A program made the translations under genes and the position numbers. From contig NC_043002.1 in assembly GCF_006345805.1 (NCBI RefSeq), positions 23,870,001 through 23,934,000 of the forward strand: 64,000 nt of DNA, written 5' to 3'. The notes under the pieces are model-generated. The model was not told where the DNA came from. It ran no database searches and was given only the letters and a program-made list of their open reading frames with translations. The DNA is from Octopus sinensis (Eukaryota). How positions within the stretch are numbered: the first letter of the stretch is position 1; each line of letters begins with the position of its first letter. Shown here piece by piece: positions 55,581 to 64,000 of this stretch.

Positions 55581-57129
55581 ACATACATACACATGTGCTT
55601 AGAAGGTTGTGCGTTATGGTCGGTCAGTCACCATTGGTTTCGCGCCTATAAAAAACACTTAGCGGATCTTTTCTGTTCGGCTGCCACTTCTCAATTGATT
55701 TCTTATTGAGTTCTTTGGTGTAGTTTTGTACGGTAATCATTGGCATGCAATTCTTTTATTTTTTTAAATTATTTTCTTTTACCATAAATCAATAATTAAA
55801 GAGTTAATAGCTTTTTAAGTTTGCAAATTTTAAGTAATTTTAGCCAACCGAAAGCCACAGACATATAGGTGCCTGTTTCCATAGTAACAAACAAAGCTGT
55901 GACCAAGCTGCTTGCAACTCCTCTGCTGTGGTCTTGTCAAGCCACGTGGTCAATTTTTGCTTTTTAAAAGCGTAAAACACGAGGCGGGAGTTGATTGTGA
56001 GGTGTGCTAAAAATAACAGCTAAACAGGCATTAAATCACGCATCAATTTTTTTGTTTCGGTTTTTGCATAATCGTATGAATTCGTGCGTGTCGAATACAA
56101 ATTCGCAAACATTTTCTTAAAAATCTGAAAAATAAAAAAGTTATGAGGGTTTATATATCGTGTATAAAGCAGAATCCCGCCAGTATTTTATTTGTTTCCA
56201 CTTGACAACACGTGTTGTCGCGCACAAAATTATGGCCTCCAAATCTGATTGGGTAAAAATGATCAAACTGTAAATCTCAGTACCTTTTTTATAAAAAGAA
56301 TTTCTGGAAAAAGTTAAATACGCCATGAGATTCACTAAACTTTAAAATTTCCACAGGCACAGCGAAACAGACAAGATCTCATCAATATTCTTTGGAAAAC
56401 TTTACTAGAAAATGTAAATGAGTGTAGTCACCTAATTTTTTGACTGATTTTGTACATTCCTAATTTAAAATGTTGGTGTTGATCTGGAAACATCGTAATC
56501 AATATGGCACTGTGTCGTATTGCGCCCTCTTAGCATATATCAACGGGTACATGCAGTATCATTAATCTCAGTTTGAGCATAGGTACCTAATGTTAGCTCC
56601 ATATAGAGATGGTGCTCAATTGGTCAATGAGGATGATGGGAGATGTGGTGCGTATGTAAGACCTGCTATGCTGTACTCAAAGAGTGATCTGAGGGAGATT
56701 TGACTGCTATTTATAGCAAGTTGAGCTACTCCTTAAGTTTTTATTTAGCCCTAGGTTATACCATTCTATGCCTGACTGGCTGTACAGTAGTAGTGCATAG
56801 TATGTGGATTTTCAATGTGAGCTCTCATTGGATGTATGCAAATGGCTTCATTCCTAGGGTCCGGAACTCTCGTGGGGAAAAAAATTCGCACCCCGCCCCT
56901 GATGATAGAAGAGGCAACGAACAGGCTGTTTTCTGATTGGCTGAAAATTTTGAAAATTATCAAACTTTGAACGCCTATAACATTTTAAACATTTTACTAG
57001 AATAAATGAATAACAAATTTGGATTCAGCGTCAAAAATTACATTTATATGTTTCATTAAAAGAAAATTTTAAAGATAATTGGAAACAGTGACGAAAACCA
57101 TAAAGATCCGAATCCGTTGGTAAATAAAG

Positions 57130-57288
57130 TACTAGTGTAGTTGAGGGTGGGGCGGTCCGCCCCGGGCGGCATTTTTAAAGGAGCACCACTTTTGGATCTG
57201 CTGTTGGCAATGTGATTTTTGTGGATCCAACGGGCGGGATCCAACGGACGGGCTGCTCCTGGCGGCACACATTCTAACTACGCTAGTG
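57130..57288. mobile_element. Small GC-rich MITE-like element
   Basis: 13-bp imperfect TIRs tactagtgtagtt / aactacgctagtg; no TSD seen. Confidence 0.4.
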
Positions 57289-57701
57289 ATCAGAGGTAAT
57301 TGCTACTATCGATTAATATTACTATATTTGGTACTGTGGACCAGAGTTTATCCTGGCTTTATTCTTAAACTATGCTATGACACCTACTAACATTTTTTCC
57401 AGCCCATCATCTTTGAACGACAAAGGAAAGTTTAATTTTCGTGCCCAAAAGTCTCAAGGAATATTTTAGAACTTTATTTTAGAATGCTATGTGCATTTAG
57501 ACCCACGTTCAATAAGATATTTCTCTTCCTTCATCTTTTTCTCTAAGAGATTATTCTTGTTGTAACCAGAAGCTTGATTACCTCCTATGAGCCATAATCT
57601 AGTTCTCATGTTTTGGCTATCTCATCATTACTTAATTCATACATCTAACATGAAAATACAACGACGTATACATTATATATATAAAAATCATTTAGTGTTA
57701 T

Positions 57702-58275
57702 TGTAGTGAACCCTGGCGGTTAAGCAGGAAAGCAAAACGAAAAAGGGATTTAATGAAAGTAATCTTCCTCGACCTTCTAGAAAGTTCTCGAACATTCTAG
57801 AAGCTTCCGGTTGACGTGGAAATCAGGGATTTTCGGTTCATCCCTTATATAAAGGAATACATTTCTAAATTCGCGCCATTCATTCATTGCCTGTTGATTC
57901 TTCGACATGCATTGAATCGGTCCACTCGCATACACATTCGCACGCGCGTGTGTTCGCCTCGTTTTGCTTCGTATCTGCCCTGCATCACTACAATGATTTT
58001 GCTTATCGACTGCTCGTCAGAGGAGGGAGTTATGTAGTGAACCCTGGCGATCAAGCAGGAAAGCAAAACGAAAACGGGATTTAACGAGAGGAAAGTTCTC
58101 GAACATTCTAGAAGCTTCCGGTTAACGTGGAAGTCAAGGATTTCCGGTCCATCCCTTAAGTAAAGGAACACATTTCTAAATTCGCGCCATTCATTCCCTT
58201 TTAATTCTTCGACAAGCTTTGAGTCGGTCCACTCGCAAACACATCCACACGTACGTATGTTCGCCTTATTTGCTT
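57702..58275 (+). mobile_element. Two LTRs separated by 40 bp containing a PPT (TRIM-like or internally deleted LTR element)
   Basis: LTR1 TGTAGTG...CACTACA at 57702-57992; agaggagggag PPT; LTR2 from 58033, 3'-truncated. Confidence 0.75.
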
Positions 58276-59539
58276 GGAGACATGTGGTTGCAAAAGAATA
58301 TGTTCCTGTGATGTTACAAGTTTTCCATCAATTAACCTTATATGTTAACACATTAGCTCTGGTAATAAATATGTTATAACTTATTACAAACATCTCGCAA
58401 GTTCTTATTTTCTTGTCATTACGTACAAGATGGTGACCCCTCTTTCTCTCATGCTTATTAAATTATAGGATGTCACTTAATCAACATCACTATATTATTA
58501 TTAAACATTAGTGAAAATTATTCTTTCTACTGATTATTCAACATTTTAATCATAACTACAAGTTGAATCAATTGTTCAGAGTCAAACATATTTGATCATT
58601 ATTATTGTCCATTATTAATAAACATATTAGAGAATGTTTATTAACTACAAAACTTAGGAGTGTGATTGAATAAGTTTATACACTTGGAGTTAATTGTATA
58701 TGTGTTGATAGATTTGAAGTTTCGTCAAAACGACCGTGGTGACATTATGATATAATTACTCTGCAACACTAATGAAATTCAGAATTACAGAGGACAGTAA
58801 GAGTCATCATGTTAAATAAATTCAGTGATTAGTAAATGAAGTATGCTTCTGTCATAGAGCTATTACAATTACATTGACGCATTATTGTACAAGTGAAACC
58901 GCTTCGCTTTATTTTCACTGCTGCGAGAGGAGCACAGATTGGAGTATGCAGTTCCTAACTTCCAAAAGACATAGTAGTAACAGCTGGAATGTATTTTATA
59001 CTCAAGCGAGTATAACCTAGGGCTGAATAACAACTAAAGGAGTAGGTCAACTTGCTATAAATAGCAGTCAAATCTCCCTCAGATCACATCTTACCAATTT
59101 AGATACGGAAGTCTAATACCAGAATGCAGTCCCTTTTATCATAGATCCGCTGAAGTTAGAAATAAGCGGCTAAATCTCTCTCGAACAACACACCCTACCG
59201 TCTTAAAAAGGGAAGCCATTTTGGTTAAATGCAAATCCTGCTATACAAAGACAGAATGGCCACAGCCTGAACGATATTGGTCTACTAGTCAGGATTAACC
59301 TAAGGCTCATTCAAAAACAACTATTGTATACATTGAGTGTATACGTATGTATACTCACACACACACATATATACGCGTGTTTCTAGATATGTGTAGGTAT
59401 GTAGTGAAGCATTCAACTCATTCACTGAGTCAAACTGATGCAGATTGTCAAGGTATATTGTATCCCAGGCACCATCATACACGCTATCAATATTCTCTAT
59501 AATGATATACCATCGCTCAAGTTTTATCACCGTATGGTA

Positions 59540-60740
59540 ATACAGATTTCTTTACGATCCTAGCAGGACTACTACGAAGCGACACTCTTGTACGTTTCTG
59601 GACTATTCATTAAGATATGCAACATCAAATTCAGAAGAAACAGGTTTCCTAACAGCTCCTCGAAAAAGCAGGTGTTAATCTGTAATTATGATTACTGATG
59701 CAAATTATGCTGATGGTATAGCTCTTCTAATACTATCAAGGAAGCTCAACCACTGCTTCAGCGACTTGAGTAAGCTGCTGAACAGATAGGACTGCATGTC
59801 AATGAGAATAAGACTGAGTTTATTGTAAGGCGGCGAGCTGACAGAATCGTTAGCACGCCGGGCGAAATGCGTAGCCGTATTTCGTCTGCCGTTACGTTCT
59901 GAGTTCAAATTCCGCTGAGGTCGACTTTTCCTTTCATTCTTTCGGGGTCGATAAATTAAGTACCAGTTACGCACTGGGGTCGATGTAATCGACTTAATCC
60001 GTTTGTCTGTCCTTGTTTGTCCCCTCTATGTTTAACCCCTTGTGGGTAATAAAGAAATAAGTATTTCGTCTGCCGCTACGTTCTGAGTTCAAATTCCGCC
60101 GAGGTCGACTTAGCCTTTCATCCTTTCGGGGTCGCTTAAATAAGTACCAGTTACGCACTGGGGTCGATGTAATCGACTTAATCCTTTTGTCTATCCTTGT
60201 TTGCCCCCTCTATGTTTAGCCCCTTGTGGGCAGTAAAGAAATAAAACTGAGTTTATTGTTACCTGTCATCCAAAAGAACACCATTAAATCATCAATGAGT
60301 GCGAAATTGAAATGTGCAAATGACTTTAGGTATCTGAGATTGTAGAGAAAAAGCTGAAAGGGGGTTGGGTGAAGTAAGAACTGAATTAGTATAGTTAGCA
60401 ATGAAGATGTTCATAATATAGGCAACAAATCTAATGACCTCAAAATACAGTTTTTCGTAGCTTCTGTAAAAAAGGAAATTGATATATAGATCTGAATGCT
60501 GGACACTTGCGAAAGCAATACAAAGCAGGCATCTTGGTAAATGGAACACATACCAAGATGTTAAGGAGGGTGAAGAATGTTTCTTGGCAACAACATTTAC
60601 CGAATAGCATATTATATAGAAATATAGCCTTATTAACAGAAACCATCAAACAACACAGCCGTAAGCTCATGGGACAATGTTGGGAGAGAAAAGATAAAAT
60701 CGGACGTCAGCTAATTACTATGGGAACCAATATATGGTAA
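59540..60740 (+). mobile_element. RTEX/RTE-like LINE RT relic interrupted by a SINE
   Basis: ITDANYADGIAL, IGLHVNENKTEF, NGTHTKMLRRVKNVSWQQH. Confidence 0.75.
59827..60245 (+). mobile_element. SINE family A, head-to-tail partial dimer with 14-bp TSD
   Basis: TSD actgagtttattgt at 59813-59826 and 60246-60259; second unit restarts at 60061. Confidence 0.92.
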
Positions 60741-61002
60741 AAGAAGAGGCAGATCTTGGTGAACAGTTGCTGGAGGATAAAAAGCTTCAAAGAAACGATG
60801 TTGCAGACATACTGGAGGATAGGGAAGTGGGGGAGATGAATCCGAGTGTGTGCATGCATGTGTGCGTACGTGTGTTTGCGTGCGTGTGCATGTATGTGTG
60901 CGTGTGTGTGTGCATGTGTGTGTGAGTGTATGTGTGTCATTATGTAGATATAGATATGTGCTTGTTTATTATAAACAGACATATATTGTCTGTTCATACA
61001 CA

Positions 61003-62766
61003 CTAGCTGAAAGACCCGCCGTTGCCCGGGTTACTGCTGTTCTTATTCAGATTAGTAAACAATAAATATGAAGATATATATTTTTTTCTTTATAATTATT
61101 TTTAAATATCTATATTTTAGTTTTAAAAATCCCAATTGTAATGCCAATAGAATTTAGAACTGAAAATCTGTCAATCTTGAAGCACCTCAGAGTAAACACT
61201 AGCGATTGTGTAAATTTTTTGTTGGTGTCCAAATGAATAAATTGTTGTTGCTTCCAACTCGTGATCAAGCAACATAGAGTTGGCCGTGAGAGAAGCATGT
61301 ATTAGAGAGATCAAGTCTAACTACCTTGCGGGATTGACCCTGAGATTTGTTGATTGAAATAGGTATGATAGGAATTTTTGGAATAAAAACATTTCCTCTT
61401 TGTGACTACCTGTTATGATTGTTGCTTGTAGGACATGGGGCTTCATGGAAGTAACGATTAAGCGAGTTCCATTACACAGGTGAGGTGGGTCAAGATTCCT
61501 AAGCAACATAATGGGAACATTCAGCTTTAATGTCAAGTTATGCGGTGGCATCTCAGTGGGTTTGAGTGTGTTCAGAAATTCGACAGGGCATTGAACAGCC
61601 TGATCTTGATCGACTGTTGTGTCAGTTGATGGAAAGATCATTTCTGATGTATCTGTTAACTTTTGAAGAAGTCCATGATTGGGTTTATCAACCATTTCAT
61701 TAGTTGAAACCAGTATAACTCTTTCACATAGCCAGTTTACATCAGTGTAATTGACAGATAAATTAGGAAATACTTTATCCATAAGGTCCATAAGAAAACG
61801 TACCATTTGACCGCATGTAATTTCATGTTGCTGAAGTCTTAAGAAGCTCCTCTGAGAATTCACCAGCTGTATGATCACCGTGTAGAAGTACTCTCACGTT
61901 GCTTGTAAGATGAAGCTTTTTTTCACGTCTCCAAATGTACGACTTTTTAAAGCATGCTTTTATCTCATCAGCTTTTGATCCTTTTGGGATAACTGGCAAT
62001 GTTTGACGAAAATCTCCTGCAAGAACTGTTACTCCACGAGTGTGCTATTGTTTTTTATGTCTTAGAGGGTACGATCAAGTGCCTCATCCCAACCACGATC
62101 AAGTACACTCATCCCAAACAATGAAGCAAGTTTGTTGGAGAACGTTTGAGAACACCCTCACTTAGTTTATGCTTGTGATTCTCCCATAGCTGTTTAGGGT
62201 TGAACAGGTCACATGAGTGAAGCATTATTGCAAATAAATTCCTGAAATAAGTGGGAGAACTTGAAACGGCAGCTTCAGTTAACGTATCATCCCAGTGAGA
62301 ATCATTTTATAACAGTCCTTGTCTGTGACATGATTCACAATAAGTTTCACATGGTTGACCATTAACCATTCTCAGATCTTGAAAAGACTTCGGTCCTCTA
62401 ACCACATGAAGTAACATACGAAGAAACTAGCATTCAAAGTTGTTTGGATGTACAGTATAGACCCTTCCAAGTGCATCATCTTTCTTAACTCCAGACATCC
62501 TTCAACATCTCACTCGCCCTCCTTTTCTATATGTTATTAGTTTAGGACTTGTTTGAAATGAGCTCTGATTACAAAGTTTAAAGAAGGAAGTAAATGTTGC
62601 TGCATAACCTGCTGAGGATTTTTAGGATTGAAGACTACACGCTGCCCATTTTCTAAATGTACGGCAAGATGAACTATTGTTGGATACTTTTCATGAATTG
62701 GAAAATTGAAAAGTTTCCATGCTGCCTCATTGCTGTTAATATATCAAGCCATCTGGTAACATGTTC
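61003..62766 (-). mobile_element. Autonomous-type Helitron relic (Rep-helicase 3' half with PIF1 helicase)
   Basis: YINSNEAAWKLFNFPIHE..HLENGQRV, ALGRVYTVHP, LAGDFRQTLPV, LRNLDPPHLCNGTRL, FSHGQLYVA; 3' hairpin acccgggcaacggcgggt + CTAG|T. Confidence 0.92.
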
Positions 62767-63129
62767 GCCCATAATTATGACCCTAGAATCGATCTATTGC
62801 ATTTCAATCTATTTTAGATTTAGGGTTAAGGGTGGAGGAAGGGTATCTTTCTTTCTTCACAAATGTAAATAAAGCCGATCTGTTTCTTAAAGGAGGGACA
62901 TATTCATACGGCACAGAATGCTTTCACCTCAAAAGACGGTCAATAGATTGGTTAAAATTGCCGAAATGCAAGAAATTAAAGACGAAATATGTTACAAACT
63001 ACAGAATTTTCTCAAGAAAGCCAAGAGAAAATGATGTTTTATAAGCACATTCTACCAGTATACGAAGTTTAACATTTTTTAGTTACCTGGAAATTATGTT
63101 AAAAACTGCCGTTCAAACGCAAAAGATCC
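62767..63129 (+). mobile_element. MITE copy 3, left end missing
   Basis: Right TIR ...caaacgcaaaagatcc is present. Confidence 0.85.
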
Positions 63130-63422
63130 GAGAAAATTCTATAGTTTGTAAGATATTTGTTGTTTTTTCTTCAATTTCTGCAATTTCAACCAATCAATAA
63201 CGTCTAATTGAGGTGAAAACATTCTGTGCCGTATGAATATGTCCCTCGTTTAAGAAACAGATTTGTGTTTATTTACATTTGTGAAGAAAAAAAGATACCC
63301 TTCCCCCACCCCTAACCCTACAACAGATTGAAATGCAATAGATCGATACTAGGGTCATAATTATGGGTGACAATTTCATATGACACCGTTAGAAAAAACT
63401 GCCGTTCAAACCGAAAAGATCC
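63130..63422 (-). mobile_element. MITE copy 4, inverted, far end missing
   Basis: Reverse complement of the first about 290 bp of copies 1 and 2. Confidence 0.85.
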
Positions 63423-64000
63423 ATTAAGCCGTCAAACGAAACTGTAAGTCCTAGTAAAATCGATTTTTATAATAAATTTAACTCTACCTTCAATATTGAG
63501 TCTCCCTCTCAGTAAAGATTTTATTGTATTTTAAAACTTGCTGTAAATTATTAACTTTAATTTAACATTTGTGTATGGGGGTGGGGATGCGCATGCATAC
63601 GTATGTATGAGGTTTTATTATTTTTTTTGCGTGATTAGGAGCTGGAGCTTTTGTTTTGGTCGTTACTCTGAGCGATGGTGATCGCTGAAAAATCATTAAA
63701 ATAGACAATACATAAGCAACGACATTTATAAACACCTCGTACATAGCTATTATTAATGAAGTCTTAGCGTTGATGAATAACTGGTTTCTTTCTTTACTTC
63801 TGTGTGCGCGTGTGTAATGAGTAATCCGTCTTTCAGGGAAGCAAATCCAGCATGTAAAGCTTAAATTATTTTCACCAGTTGAAAATTCGTCAATAAATAG
63901 CGATAAGAATGTGTACAAGAGTTCACCTATTTCGACCTTTTGTTTGAAATTAAAAAATGTTATTCTTCTCGAGATACAAAGATCACATTTTAAAGGCCAC

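Overview
Eukaryotic, repeat-saturated, microsatellite-rich DNA. The SINE/LINE complement looks like octopus or another coleoid cephalopod (recognised from memory of the repeat families, not from a search). Almost all supplied ORFs are artefacts of simple repeats. The only host-gene signal is on the minus strand at the left end: a spliced exon (4138-4241) starting an ORF with a signal peptide (MPLARLCFVIIQILLATIICNCSANEV-), plus a probable 5'UTR exon (5152-5296) and a CRE-CRE-CCAAT cluster (6924-7013) upstream. The rest is a transposon landscape: tRNA-derived SINEs, RTE/RTEX/CR1/R4-like LINE relics, Penelope-like relics, a full-length but frameshifted mariner, a 5'-intact Ty3/Gypsy relic, four Helitron-type elements and a MITE family with 8-bp TSDs and internal TTAGGG repeats. 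Best leads: a minimal hammerhead-ribozyme motif in a dispersed repeat, a pre-miRNA-sized hairpin, a perfect 60-bp palindrome that looks like a template-switch mutation inside a CR1, a TRIM-like LTR-PPT-LTR unit, and many inverted repeats able to form dsRNA. No CRISPR, rRNA or true tRNA genes were found. Ends of decayed elements are approximate.
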